51,056 nt of DNA from Candidatus Endomicrobiellum africanum (GCA_031281995.1 JAITEQ010000011.1:1-51056); one strand, 5' to 3'; numbered from the stretch's first letter, positions 38,113-48,867 are shown. Notes: generated by a model from the sequence alone, not told the origin. Numbers and translations: made by a program.

Positions 38113-40905
38113 ATGTCACAAATAATTAATATTGACAGTTGTGAAAATATTATTAATTTTACGGCTAACTACGTGGCTGACTCTTCAAATAAGCTTGCTT
38201 TAATTAGTGGTGGCAAAAGACCTTTTTTATTTATAAAAAAACAGTTAGCAAACATTAAACAAGCTGCATTTTTCTCTCCAGAATGTTATACTAACGACGA
38301 GTTCATTGAATCTACAATTTTTGATAATACAAACTTTACAAAAATTTCTGATTTGGAAGCCGCTTTTATTGTTTTTGAAATAATAAAAAAATATTTTCCT
38401 TGCCTATTAAAAGATAAACTTTCTTTTGTATCTTTTGTCGATTGGTCTTTTGAAATTTTATATTTTATAGAACAATTAGATTTGGAAATGGTTTCAGGAG
38501 ATAAACTTAAAACAATAAAAGCAAATGCTGAGATTGGGTATGATGTTCCTGAAAGTATCAATGAGCTTTTAAAGAATATCTTTCAAATAAGAGAAGTATT
38601 TCATGAGACTTTAGATAAAACGTTAAAAATTACTAAAGGGTACAGTTTTTTTAAAGCGGTTTCTTTTAGGGCAAGCATTTTATCAAAAGGGTTTGATGAA
38701 ATAATATTAATTACACCTTTTTATTTATACAAAACTGAACTAGAGATTTTTAAAAAACTATATAATACATCTAACCTTAGCATATTTACACAAGGTGATC
38801 CTAAAGAATATAGCATCTTAGAAAATTTGTATAGACAGTTTGGGCAAAATATTGTAGGTGGAAAAACAAAAAAAAGTGATTATAAATTAAATATATACTC
38901 TGCTTTTGATGATCAGTCTCAAGGAGCTTTACTTAAAAACCTTATTTGGCAATATTCTGACAAACAACTAGATAAGACGATAGTAATTGTTCCTGATTGC
39001 CAAATTTTACAAGCAGTTGTGTCTGAAGTTGCTGGTGTTACAGATAAATATAATATTGCTGCTGGGTACCCTATTTCTAAAACTGCTGTATATTCTTTAC
39101 TTGACAGTGTTATTGAAGCACAATGTTCTAAAAAAGGTAACTATTATTATTCTAAAGATGTAATAAAAACGCTTACTAACCCTCTATTTAAAAACATGAG
39201 ATTTTTTCAGGATAGTTCTATGTCTAGAATTGTTGTTCATAAAATAGAAAAAGCTTTAGAACAGTCTTCAGGTAGTAGCTTAAGTGGTAAAACGTTTGTA
39301 TCTTTTCAAGAAATATTAAACGATACAGATTTAATAAAAGAAATCAGTTTTTCTGTAACTAAAGTTTTAGGACAAGTTTCTAATCAAAATATTGTAAGCA
39401 TATTAAGTGAAATATGGGCAAGTTTTTTTTCTTCTTGGGAAAATGTGGACACTTTATATTTACTTTCTGATGCTATTTCTACGTTTTTAGAGAAAATTTA
39501 TCGCTTAAGTGCTACTGGTAGCTATCCATTAAATGTAGAGACTATAGATGTTTTACTTTCTGTATCAAAAGAAATAAAATTTTGCGACTTATGTAAAGTG
39601 AAATTTGACAAACAAGAACTATTTAGTCTTTTTAGAAAAATAATTAAAGATAAGAAAGTTGTTTTGCCAGGCTCTCCATTAAAATCTTTGCAAATTTTAG
39701 GCCTTTTAGAATCTAGAAATCTTTCTTTCGAAAATGTTTTTATTGTAGGAATGAAAGATTCTTCCTTGCCTGCAATAAAGAGAGAAATGTCTCTTATTCC
39801 AAAAGATATAATGTACGCTTTGGGCATTGAAATTACAAAAAAAGAGTATGAAATACAGAAATATCATTTTAATAAAATTATATCTGGAGCTAAAAATGTA
39901 AACCTTATCTACCCTGATAATGATAAAGACGAAAGAAGTAGGTTTATAGAATCTATCATTTGGGAAAAGCAGCTTGCACAAAAAGATATTAACGCTATAA
40001 ATGTGTCTAAGTTTGTTTTGCCAAAATTTTCTCTAAACCAGTCTGTGAAAAAAAAATATAGTAAAACTAAAGAAATTAAAGAATATCTTGCAAAGCTACC
40101 TTATACGTACACTAAAATAGATACTTATTTAAACTGTAGGTTAAAATTTTATTTTATGTATGTGCTACTTTTAGATAATAATAAAGAAGTTGGACAAGAA
40201 ATTAATGCAAGTAGTATAGGCAACTTCATACACGACTTTTTAAAAGAGACATTCTATGATGGTTTAACTTCAGAAGATGTTCAGAGCACAACTTTTGAAA
40301 AATATTTTTTAGATACTTTAAAGAATAAATTTAATGACTGTGCATCTTTTAAATTTAGAGAAGATGCATTTATGATACAAGAAGTGTTAGTACATAGAAT
40401 GAAAATGTTTTTACATAATGAAAAATCTCGTCAATATAGAATTTTTGCTTGTGAAAAAAGTTATACTTCAGATATTGTTTTAAACTCAAATAATATTTAT
40501 ACCTTAGAAAGTAGAATAGACAGGATAGATGAGTTTGACAATAACTTTAGTATATTTGATTATAAAACTGGAAATGTAAAAGCTAATATTGTTAGTAGGA
40601 GATACTTTGAAAATTTAAAAATATTTAATAGGCAAGATATAAAAAAAGCTGTCAGTTCGCTACAACTTCCAATGTATAAGTACATATTTGAAAAGTCCAC
40701 AGGTCTTAAAAGTTTTAGTTATGGGATCTATGATATAAAGAAAGCTGATATTAATTTATTTCCTCAAGAAGATGAAATTTATGAAAAATGTTTAGAGATT
40801 ATTAAGTTTTTAATTGACGAAATTAACCAAGAAGATTATTTCGAATTTGATAAAAACGATAGTACAAATTGTAAAACTTGTAAATATTTTTATATTTGTA
40901 GATAG
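38113..40905 (+). CDS. addB: AddB-like PD-(D/E)XK nuclease with Fe-S staple
   Basis: Inactive helicase-like N-terminus, LQILGLLESR, RIDRID, FDYKTG, Cys in YLNCR plus terminal CKTCKYFYIC. Confidence 0.78.
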   Translation: MSQIINIDSCENIINFTANYVADSSNKLALISGGKRPFLFIKKQLANIKQAAFFSPECYTNDEFIESTIFDNTNFTKISDLEAAFIVFEIIKKYFPCLLKDKLSFVSFVDWSFEILYFIEQLDLEMVSGDKLKTIKANAEIGYDVPESINELLKNIFQIREVFHETLDKTLKITKGYSFFKAVSFRASILSKGFDEIILITPFYLYKTELEIFKKLYNTSNLSIFTQGDPKEYSILENLYRQFGQNIVGGKTKKSDYKLNIYSAFDDQSQGALLKNLIWQYSDKQLDKTIVIVPDCQILQAVVSEVAGVTDKYNIAAGYPISKTAVYSLLDSVIEAQCSKKGNYYYSKDVIKTLTNPLFKNMRFFQDSSMSRIVVHKIEKALEQSSGSSLSGKTFVSFQEILNDTDLIKEISFSVTKVLGQVSNQNIVSILSEIWASFFSSWENVDTLYLLSDAISTFLEKIYRLSATGSYPLNVETIDVLLSVSKEIKFCDLCKVKFDKQELFSLFRKIIKDKKVVLPGSPLKSLQILGLLESRNLSFENVFIVGMKDSSLPAIKREMSLIPKDIMYALGIEITKKEYEIQKYHFNKIISGAKNVNLIYPDNDKDERSRFIESIIWEKQLAQKDINAINVSKFVLPKFSLNQSVKKKYSKTKEIKEYLAKLPYTYTKIDTYLNCRLKFYFMYVLLLDNNKEVGQEINASSIGNFIHDFLKETFYDGLTSEDVQSTTFEKYFLDTLKNKFNDCASFKFREDAFMIQEVLVHRMKMFLHNEKSRQYRIFACEKSYTSDIVLNSNNIYTLESRIDRIDEFDNNFSIFDYKTGNVKANIVSRRYFENLKIFNRQDIKKAVSSLQLPMYKYIFEKSTGLKSFSYGIYDIKKADINLFPQEDEIYEKCLEIIKFLIDEINQEDYFEFDKNDSTNCKTCKYFYICR

Positions 40906-40931
40906 AAAAATAGATTTCTTCTCTATTTTTT
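40906..40931 (+). terminator. Possible terminator after addB-like gene
   Basis: AAAAATAGA-TTTCTTC-TCTATTTTT; weak AT-rich stem. Confidence 0.4.
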
Positions 40932-41131
40932 GTAGCCCCTTAAGTATATTAATTCTTATTTGATTAATTAGAATTTCCTTAATAATCAAGATTAATATTT
41001 ATGCAAAAATGGTAGTGCTTTACCAGATTTGCATAAATTACTTGTATTTATTAAAATAATTTATAATTAGATTTACCTACAATGGATTTAGGATAACAAG
41101 TCAAACGCTTATTTTGGTAAGAGGTACCACA

Positions 41132-42340
41132 ATGTATAAAGACAGAACGCTGAAGAATATTGTTTTACTAGCTGAAAAAAGCTTTAAGGTTATCTTAATC
41201 ACAGGCATGAGGCAAACTGGAAAGACAACCTTTTTAAATAATATTTCTCACAAAAATAGAAGATACGTGACATTGGACGACCCCAAAAATCTTTTGCTGG
41301 CAAAAAAAGAACCTGAGATGTTTTTTCAAAGGTTTCCTCCTCCTGTTTTTATAGATGAAGTTCAATATGCCCCCGAATTATTTCTATATATTAAAATGCT
41401 AGTTGATTCTTCTGATAAAACAGGTCAAATTTTTATGACAGGATCTCAACAATATTCTATGATGAAAAATGTTACAGAAAGTTTGGCAGGCAGAGTTGCA
41501 ATAATTGACATGCTTGGATTTTCTATTTATGAAAGAGAAAATAAAGGGCTATTGCAAAAGCCATTTTTGCCAAATATTAGGGCAAAAGAAATCTTAAAAC
41601 ATAACTTTATAGCTGATACTTATAAAATTATTTGGAGGGGGATGTATCCCCAAATAGTGAATAAACCTTCTTTAAATTGGGAACTTTTCTATAGTTCATA
41701 TTTAAAAAGTTATTTAGAAAGAGATGTTAAACAACTTTCTAATATCATAAACGAAAGTCATTTTTTAAAATTTTTGAGCATTGTTGCGGCTCGTACAGCT
41801 CAAGAATTAAATATTACAGAAATAGCAAAAAATTCTGAAATTACAATACAAACTGCTAACAATTGGCTCTCAGTCTTAGAAGCTTCTGGAGTTGTTTTTC
41901 TATTAAAACCGTATTATAAAAATATTACAAAACGATTTGTAAAACGACCAAAAATATATTTTACAGATACAGGCTTATGCTCATATTTAACTGAATGGTC
42001 TAGTGCTGAAACTCTTGAAAAAGGAGCAATGAGTGGAGCAATTTTTGAAACCTTTGTAGTAAATGAAATTGTTAAATCTTATAAACATAATGGCAAAAAT
42101 CAAACCTTTTACTACTACAGAGATTCTAATCAAGTAGAAATTGACTTATTAATTTCCCAAAATGGATTATTTTACCCTATAGAAATAAAAAAGACTACTA
42201 ATCCCAGGAAGGAAGATATAAAAGCTTTTGACACATTATCGCAATTTGAAAAAATAGGATATGGTTCTTTGATTTGCTTAACAAGTCAAATTTATCCTCT
42301 TACTAAAACAGCAAATGCCATATCCATTTGGAATATATGA
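41132..42340 (+). CDS. AAA+ ATPase of AAA_14/DUF4143 type with HTH-like middle and nuclease-like C-terminus
   Basis: GMRQTGKTT, FIDEVQYAP, TGSQ, ESLAGR, EIDLLI...PIEIK. Confidence 0.88.
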   Translation: MYKDRTLKNIVLLAEKSFKVILITGMRQTGKTTFLNNISHKNRRYVTLDDPKNLLLAKKEPEMFFQRFPPPVFIDEVQYAPELFLYIKMLVDSSDKTGQIFMTGSQQYSMMKNVTESLAGRVAIIDMLGFSIYERENKGLLQKPFLPNIRAKEILKHNFIADTYKIIWRGMYPQIVNKPSLNWELFYSSYLKSYLERDVKQLSNIINESHFLKFLSIVAARTAQELNITEIAKNSEITIQTANNWLSVLEASGVVFLLKPYYKNITKRFVKRPKIYFTDTGLCSYLTEWSSAETLEKGAMSGAIFETFVVNEIVKSYKHNGKNQTFYYYRDSNQVEIDLLISQNGLFYPIEIKKTTNPRKEDIKAFDTLSQFEKIGYGSLICLTSQIYPLTKTANAISIWNI

Positions 42341-42412
42341 CTTTAGTTAAAATTTTAACTCCTGACTTGCCCGGTTTTAAGGAAAAAGTATAAATGCTGA
42401 CATATACAAAAA

Positions 42413-43657
42413 TTATAATTTTTGTGAAATGTTGTTTATAGCTTTTATTCTTTCTAAAACTGGTGGATGAGAATATTCTAAAAATACTTTAAATTTGTGT
42501 GGGTAAAGATTAGAAAGGTTATCCACTGATAATTTTTTTAGTGCAGTGATCATATCTTGAGGATGCTGATGTGTTGTTGCTGCATAAGTGTCGGCCTCAA
42601 ATTCGTGTTTCCTGGAAAAATAACTACTTATAACAGAAAGTATTAAAGAAATTGGGGAGTACAAAAATGCAAAAAATATCATTCCTGCATATATTGGTTG
42701 GGACGTTAATAAAAATGCTTTATACAGCCAGACCTTGTTGACGAAAACAGATAAAATGTACAACATTAAGCCTGTAGAAACAAAAGAAAAAATCATGTGT
42801 TTTATTATATGTCCTAACTTAAAATGTCCAATTTCATGTGCTAGAATGCTTGTAAGTTCTTCTACAGTGTGTTTTTGTATAAGTGTGTCAAACAAGACTA
42901 TTCTACGATATTTCCCAAAGCCTGTAAAAAAAGCGTTTGATTTATTTGAACGTTTTGAGTTGTCCATTTTGAAAAGGCCTTTCATTTTAAAATTTTCTTT
43001 TTTTGCGTATGTTTCAATGGAAGTCTTTAATTGGCCATCTTCTAACGGAGTATACTTGTTAAATAGTGGCATTATGGCCACAGGAGCTATAAAAGTTAAA
43101 AAAAGTTGAAAAATGATGACTGTTATAAATGCATAAATCCAAGCTAAGTTTGAGGCATTTGTGAAGAACCATAGTATTAGAGAAAACATTATGGAAAATA
43201 TTGACAGGGTTATAACTTGCGATTTTATCCAATCGGATATAAAGATTTTTAAGGTCATTCTGTTAAAACCAAATTTTTCTTCTATAACAAATATAGAATA
43301 AAGGGACAGAGGTATTTTAATAATTTCAGAAGCTAAAAATAAAATATTTGCAAAGATTAAACCTGTTATGATATTACCAAAACCAAAAGATATGGCTACA
43401 TTGTTTACGTAGTTAAACCCACCTAGAACTATAAAAATTATTTGAATAATTAAAGTAATTGATGAAGAAATTAAAGAAAAGTTTGTATTTGCTTTAAGAT
43501 ATCTTTGAGATTTCTCATATTTTTCTTTATCGAAATAATTTGTAAACTCTTTTGGTATATCGTTTGTTATATTTTTAACATTTAACAAATCTGCAACTGT
43601 TTGGATAATATAAACAAAAACTATAAAAGATAAAATTAAATATGTATAAATATTCAT
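42413..43657 (-). CDS. M48 family (Ste24-like) zinc metalloprotease
   Basis: NAFFTGFG, HEIGH, EFEAD, SHPP; GGAG RBS before ATG 43657. Confidence 0.92.
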   Translation of the reverse strand: MNIYTYLILSFIVFVYIIQTVADLLNVKNITNDIPKEFTNYFDKEKYEKSQRYLKANTNFSLISSSITLIIQIIFIVLGGFNYVNNVAISFGFGNIITGLIFANILFLASEIIKIPLSLYSIFVIEEKFGFNRMTLKIFISDWIKSQVITLSIFSIMFSLILWFFTNASNLAWIYAFITVIIFQLFLTFIAPVAIMPLFNKYTPLEDGQLKTSIETYAKKENFKMKGLFKMDNSKRSNKSNAFFTGFGKYRRIVLFDTLIQKHTVEELTSILAHEIGHFKLGHIIKHMIFSFVSTGLMLYILSVFVNKVWLYKAFLLTSQPIYAGMIFFAFLYSPISLILSVISSYFSRKHEFEADTYAATTHQHPQDMITALKKLSVDNLSNLYPHKFKVFLEYSHPPVLERIKAINNISQKL

Positions 43658-43733
43658 CGTTTTTCTCCAAAAGTTAATTTGTTTGTATTGTAGCATTTTT
43701 ATATAATTGAATGCATGCTGATAGGGAGATTAC

Positions 43734-44143
43734 ATGGATTTTAATAATAAGTTAGAGTTTTTTCATATAGGTGTACCTGTAAAAAAAGATCAAATAACTG
43801 ATAAGTCAAAATATGCTCCATTGTTTAAGATGTACACACAAGGTGGTATAAGTTCTTTGGGAATTTATATACAGTATCATGCTTTTGATGAAGGGTCTAG
43901 TTTAGATAAAAGGATTAGAGAAAACATACACATTGCTTTTAAAGTTAAAGATATAGAAGAAGCTCTAAAAGGCCACGAAATAGTAATGCCACTTTATGAG
44001 CCGTTCAAAGGGGTATAGGTGTGCAATGATATTAGTAAATGATGTTGTTGATAGGGTTAGTAGAAACGAGTTTGTCTGAAGAACAAATATGGAATGACGA
44101 TGAAACTTTAAATAACGGTATTTTGTATAAAAATGAAAAATAA
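43734..44143 (+). pseudogene. VOC/glyoxalase-like protein, apparently doubly frameshifted
   Basis: FHIGVP and HIAFKV motifs; reading continues YRCAMILVN from 44014 and IGLVETSLSEEQIW from 44051 in other frames to TAA 44143. Confidence 0.65.
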
Positions 44144-44771
44144 AAATTCTTTTATAACTATTGAAGGTGGAGAAGGGTCTGGAAAAACTACACAATCACT
44201 ACTTTTAAAGAAGTATTTAGAACAAAAAGGGTATAGTGTTGTACTAACTAGAGAGCCGGGTGGGACTGTTCTTTCAGAATATATTAGAAATATAATTTTA
44301 GACCCAAAATCAAATCTTACCTCAGAAGCAGAGTTGTTTTTATATGAAGCTGCAAGAGCTCAACACGTACAAGAGTTTATTATACCTTCTCTAAAAAAAG
44401 GGAGAGTTGTTATTTGCGATAGATTTACAGATGCTACCGTAGCGTATCAAGGATATGCAAGAAAATTAAACATTTCTCTAATAAATAAGCTTAACAGTAC
44501 TGCTTCTTTTGGAATTAAGCCAACAATAACTATATATTTAGATATTAAGCCTCTAAAAGGGTTAAATAAGGCTAAATGTTTAAATAAAGAATTTTATGGT
44601 CTGCAGGGGGATAGGATTGAAAGAGAGTCTTTAAAGTTTCATGAAGATGTAAGAAAGGGATATTTAGAGCAAGCAAAAAAGTATCCTAACAGAATTAAGA
44701 TAGTTAAAACTCAAAATTCGCCAGAGCAGACGTATAAATTGATAAAAAAAATTATAGATGCGATTTTATAA
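44133..44771 (+). CDS. tmk: Thymidylate kinase
   Basis: EGGEGSGKTTQ, TREPGGT, ICDRF. Confidence 0.96.
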   Translation: MKNKNSFITIEGGEGSGKTTQSLLLKKYLEQKGYSVVLTREPGGTVLSEYIRNIILDPKSNLTSEAELFLYEAARAQHVQEFIIPSLKKGRVVICDRFTDATVAYQGYARKLNISLINKLNSTASFGIKPTITIYLDIKPLKGLNKAKCLNKEFYGLQGDRIERESLKFHEDVRKGYLEQAKKYPNRIKIVKTQNSPEQTYKLIKKIIDAIL

Positions 44772-45727
44772 TGTTTGATAATATTTTAGGACAAAAAAAA
44801 GTAAAGCAAGTACTTAAAGAGCAAATGAAAAATAATAAAATTGCTCACGCTTATATTTTTATGGGGCAAGATGGCGTTGGCAGTCGTTTAATGGCACAAG
44901 AGTTTGCAAAAACAATAAACTGTACAGTAAATGATTTTATGACTACAGATGTTGGTGCTTGTGGTAGATGTGTATCTTGTCAGAAAATATCAAAAGGTAT
45001 TAATCCAGACCTACACTTTATAGATTTTATAAAACAAGCAGAACTTCAAGATGAAGATATAGAAAAGCAGAAAGTATTAAAAATAGAAACATTAAGATAT
45101 ATGCAAAAAGAAATTGCAACGAAAATTCACGAATCAAAATGGAAAGTTTTTGTGGTTGAACCAGCAGAAAAAATGAACGTTGCAGCAGCAAATTCTTTGC
45201 TTAAAACGCTTGAAGAACCTCCAGAAAATACGGTTATAATTTTAATTGCAAAGCATAAAGAAACTATACCTAAAACGATAGTATCGCGTTCACAAGTGTT
45301 ATTTTTCTCTCCGCTAGAGCAAAAAGAAATAAGTTCTTGGCTTATGTTAAACAAGTCTTTAAATTTTGATTGTGCGAGTGAAATTGCTAATCTTAGCGAA
45401 GGTTCTTTAGGTAATGCAATAAAACTTTTAGAAGAAAATCAAAAAGAAAGCTTGTCTTTGTGGCAAAAACTAAAAACTGAAAATCTTACCATTGTAAATA
45501 TTTTAGAAATTTCAAAAGAAGCTGCTAAAGATGGTGCTTTAGAATGTGTAGATAGTATGATTGCTCAAGCGAAAAAAGATTTTAGAGTGTTGCCACAAGA
45601 AACTTTAAAGTCTTTAGATTTGTTAAATAAGTATAGAGTTTTAATATTAAAGAATGTAAACGCGCAAATAGTTTTAGATAATTTGTTTTTGGACTTGTAT
45701 GATTTAAATAAAAAAAGTAGTAGTTAA
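44771..45727 (+). CDS. holB: DNA polymerase III delta-prime
   Basis: HAYIF, CGRCVSC, AANSLLKTLEEPP; follows tmk. Confidence 0.9.
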   Translation: MFDNILGQKKVKQVLKEQMKNNKIAHAYIFMGQDGVGSRLMAQEFAKTINCTVNDFMTTDVGACGRCVSCQKISKGINPDLHFIDFIKQAELQDEDIEKQKVLKIETLRYMQKEIATKIHESKWKVFVVEPAEKMNVAAANSLLKTLEEPPENTVIILIAKHKETIPKTIVSRSQVLFFSPLEQKEISSWLMLNKSLNFDCASEIANLSEGSLGNAIKLLEENQKESLSLWQKLKTENLTIVNILEISKEAAKDGALECVDSMIAQAKKDFRVLPQETLKSLDLLNKYRVLILKNVNAQIVLDNLFLDLYDLNKKSSS

Positions 45728-46548
45728 TGGAGATTATTATGCCAGTGGTTGTAGCAATAATGGTTAGAAGAACAAAAGATAAAATATATGCAGATGCAGG
45801 TAAAATTAATTTAAGACTAAATGATAAAATTATAGTTGAAACAGAGCATGGTGTTGAGCATGGACTTGTGTATGAAATAGTTAAAGATTTTATAAAAGGC
45901 AAAGACCGTTTGGGTAAAGTTTTAAGGAAAGTGACAGATGATGATAAAAGAAAATTAGCTGACAATCAAAGAAGAAATTTAAGAGCTCAAGTTACAGTAT
46001 CTCAAAAAGTCACAGAATATAAATTAGATATGAAGCTTACTTGTGTTTCTTACACTTTTGACCGTTCAAAACTTTTCGTTTACTATACATCTGAAACAAG
46101 AGTTGATTTTAGGGGATTGATTAAAGATTTAGGACATGTTTTGAAAACAAGAATACAAATGGTTCAAATAGGTGTTAGAGATGAGTCTAAAATGATAGGT
46201 GGTATAGGTACCTGTGGGCAAGTGTTGTGCTGTAAGAACTTTTTAAAAGATTTTCATTCTGTAACAATAGATATGGCTAAAGAACAAGATTTATCTTTAA
46301 ACACGTCTAAACTTTCTGGACTTTGTGGTAGGCTTATGTGTTGTATAGCTTATGAAAATGACACTTATAAAAATATTAAAAAGAAGTTGCCAGAATTAGG
46401 TTCAACTGTTTTTGCTCCGGACGGGAAAGGTAAACTAGTTGCAATTGACTGCATAAAAGAACGCGTTAGTGTGGATTTTGGTGACAAGTTTTTTAAAATA
46501 TTTAAAATTGAGCAAATTAAAGATGCTAATGGTAATGACAGCAAATGA
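45727..46548 (+). CDS. PSP1/YaaT (RicT) family protein
   Basis: RVDFR, QIGVRDE, GTCGQVLCC, SGLCGRLMCC. Confidence 0.92.
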   Translation: MEIIMPVVVAIMVRRTKDKIYADAGKINLRLNDKIIVETEHGVEHGLVYEIVKDFIKGKDRLGKVLRKVTDDDKRKLADNQRRNLRAQVTVSQKVTEYKLDMKLTCVSYTFDRSKLFVYYTSETRVDFRGLIKDLGHVLKTRIQMVQIGVRDESKMIGGIGTCGQVLCCKNFLKDFHSVTIDMAKEQDLSLNTSKLSGLCGRLMCCIAYENDTYKNIKKKLPELGSTVFAPDGKGKLVAIDCIKERVSVDFGDKFFKIFKIEQIKDANGNDSK

Positions 46549-48077
46549 AATTTTATATTACAACTCCAATTTATTATGTTAACGATGTACCTCATATAGG
46601 GCATTCCTATACTACAATTGCAGCAGATGTTTTAGCAAGATGGAAACGTTTAAATAATTATGATGTGTTTTTTCTTACTGGGACAGATGAGCATGGAGCA
46701 AAAATTGCTAAAGCTGCAAAAGAAAAAGGTGTTTTACCTCAAGACCTTTGCAGTCAAATGAGCGCAAAGTTTAAGGAAGCTTGGCAACTTTTAAATATCT
46801 CTTACACAGACTTTATTAGAACAACAGAGGCTCGGCACTTTAAATCTGTAGAAAACATAGTACAGACATTATTTGATAAGCAGCTAATATTTAAGAAAAA
46901 ATATGAAGGTCTCTGTTGTATCGGATGCGAAAGATTTTACGCCGCTAAGGACTTAGATGAAAATGGCTGTTGTGTCTTGCATAAAACAAAACCTGTTTTG
47001 CAAGCTGAAGAGAATTATTTTTTTAGACTTTCTACATTTAGTGATGAACTTTTAAAAAGAATAACAGATCCAACTCATAAAGAACATATAGAAATTCAAC
47101 CAGAAGAACGAAGAAACGAAATTATAGGCAAATTAAAACTTGGCTTAGAAGATATAAGTATTTCAAGAACTGCTATAGAGTGGGGTATACCTTTACCTTA
47201 TGATAAAAGCCAAACTGTGTATGTGTGGGTTGACGCTTTAATAAACTACTTGACAGGAATAGGATTTCCTAATGAGGAGTTTAAAAAGTATTGGCCAGCA
47301 GATGTACATTTGATGGCTAAAGATATTTTATGGTTTCATAGTGTAATATGGCCGGCTATTTTAATGGGAGCAGAGTTAGAACTTCCTAAGAAAATATATT
47401 CGCATGGTTTTTTTACTTTAAATGGCAATAAAATGTCTAAATCTTTAGGCAATGGTATTTCTCCAGAAGAACTGGTTAATAAATATGGAGTAGATTCTAC
47501 CAGATACCTTACAGTTACACTTATTCCTTTTGGTCCAGATGGAGATATTTCCTGGGAAGGACTTACTTTAAAATATAACACAGACTTGGCTAACAATCTT
47601 GGGAACTTGCTTTCTAGAACACTTAAAATGGCAGAAAAAATTTTTGATAACATTGTTCCACAAACAGAACATAATTTGTGTCTTGCTAAGCAAATAAATG
47701 ACATTTTAAAAGAAAATTTTATTTATAATATGGAAAATATTCAACTTCATAAAGCTTCTGAAAACATACAAAGTGCAATTACTTTTGTAAATAAACAAAT
47801 AGAGCAAGATGCGCCTTGGAAACTTGCAAAAATAGATAAAGATAAATTGGCTTCTTGTATTTATTCTTATTTACAGGCTATTGATATTATTGCAATGTAC
47901 TTATTGTGTTTTATGCCAGAGATTGCACAAAAAATATGGCTTTCTACAGGTGCAAGTGGTAGTATAGAAGAAACAGCAAAAAAATATTTTGCTGACTTTA
48001 ATATTCCAGATGATGGTTTTTCTGTTATAAGTTCAAAACTTGAAAACCCGGGAATACTATTTCCTAGAATATCTTAA
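46545..48077 (+). CDS. metG: Methionyl-tRNA synthetase without C-terminal tRNA-binding domain
   Basis: HIGH, GTDEHG, YVWVDAL, KMSKS. Confidence 0.96.
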   Translation: MKFYITTPIYYVNDVPHIGHSYTTIAADVLARWKRLNNYDVFFLTGTDEHGAKIAKAAKEKGVLPQDLCSQMSAKFKEAWQLLNISYTDFIRTTEARHFKSVENIVQTLFDKQLIFKKKYEGLCCIGCERFYAAKDLDENGCCVLHKTKPVLQAEENYFFRLSTFSDELLKRITDPTHKEHIEIQPEERRNEIIGKLKLGLEDISISRTAIEWGIPLPYDKSQTVYVWVDALINYLTGIGFPNEEFKKYWPADVHLMAKDILWFHSVIWPAILMGAELELPKKIYSHGFFTLNGNKMSKSLGNGISPEELVNKYGVDSTRYLTVTLIPFGPDGDISWEGLTLKYNTDLANNLGNLLSRTLKMAEKIFDNIVPQTEHNLCLAKQINDILKENFIYNMENIQLHKASENIQSAITFVNKQIEQDAPWKLAKIDKDKLASCIYSYLQAIDIIAMYLLCFMPEIAQKIWLSTGASGSIEETAKKYFADFNIPDDGFSVISSKLENPGILFPRIS

Positions 48078-48096
48078 ATATTTAAAAGAGAATGAA

Positions 48097-48867
48097 ATGA
48101 TTATAGATACACATGCACACATTACAGATATAAAATTTGACAACGATAGGAAAGACGTTATAGAAAGGGCCTTTAATTCAGGGTTAAGTAGATTAATAGA
48201 AGTTTCGTGTGAAATGTGTTATTGGTATAAATCTCTAGAACTTATAAAACAAAATAATATTTTTGCATCTTTTGGCATTCACCCTGTCGATGTTTTAAAA
48301 GCTGTTAAAAGTGACTATGAAAAATTAGAAACTTTAATTCAAAATGAAAAATGTGTGGCTGTTGGTGAAATAGGCTTAGACTATCATTATGATAATTCCA
48401 AAAACAATATTGATGCTCAAAAAGAGTCTTTAAAAGCTCAACTTGATCTTGCAAAAAAGTATGGTAAGCCAGTTATAATACATTGTAGAGACGCTTATGA
48501 TGACATGATTGAATGTATAAAAAAACAGTCTTTTATGCTTAAAGGTGTTATACATTGTTTTTCTGGCAGTTTGGAACAAGCAAAAATTTTTGTTGATTTG
48601 GGCTTTTATCTTGGTATTGATGGCCCGATTACTTACAAAAAGTCTGATATTTTAAAAGAAGTTGTTAAGAACATAGAAATAGGTAATCTGTTAGTAGAAA
48701 CAGATTGTCCGTATCTTGCTCCACAAAAATATAAGGGAACTCGCAATGAACCTTCTTATATAATAGAGATTGTAAAAGAAATTGCAAGTATAAAAAATAT
48801 GGATGTAAATGAAATAGAAAAAGTAACAAATCAAAACGCTTTAAGCTTATTTAAGGAAATTAAATGA
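48097..48867 (+). CDS. tatD: TatD family nuclease
   Basis: IDTHAH, GEIGLDY, IHCR, HCFSG, ETDCPYL; start moved to ATG 48097. Confidence 0.93.
   Translation: MIIDTHAHITDIKFDNDRKDVIERAFNSGLSRLIEVSCEMCYWYKSLELIKQNNIFASFGIHPVDVLKAVKSDYEKLETLIQNEKCVAVGEIGLDYHYDNSKNNIDAQKESLKAQLDLAKKYGKPVIIHCRDAYDDMIECIKKQSFMLKGVIHCFSGSLEQAKIFVDLGFYLGIDGPITYKKSDILKEVVKNIEIGNLLVETDCPYLAPQKYKGTRNEPSYIIEIVKEIASIKNMDVNEIEKVTNQNALSLFKEIK

Noticed and set aside
40946-40998. Additional hairpin ATATTAAT..TTGATTA/TAATCAA..ATTAATAT
   Set aside because: Almost purely A/T; expected by chance at this composition
46545-48077. Truncated MetRS
   Set aside because: Monomeric MetRS lacking the C-terminal domain is common; catalytic motifs are intact
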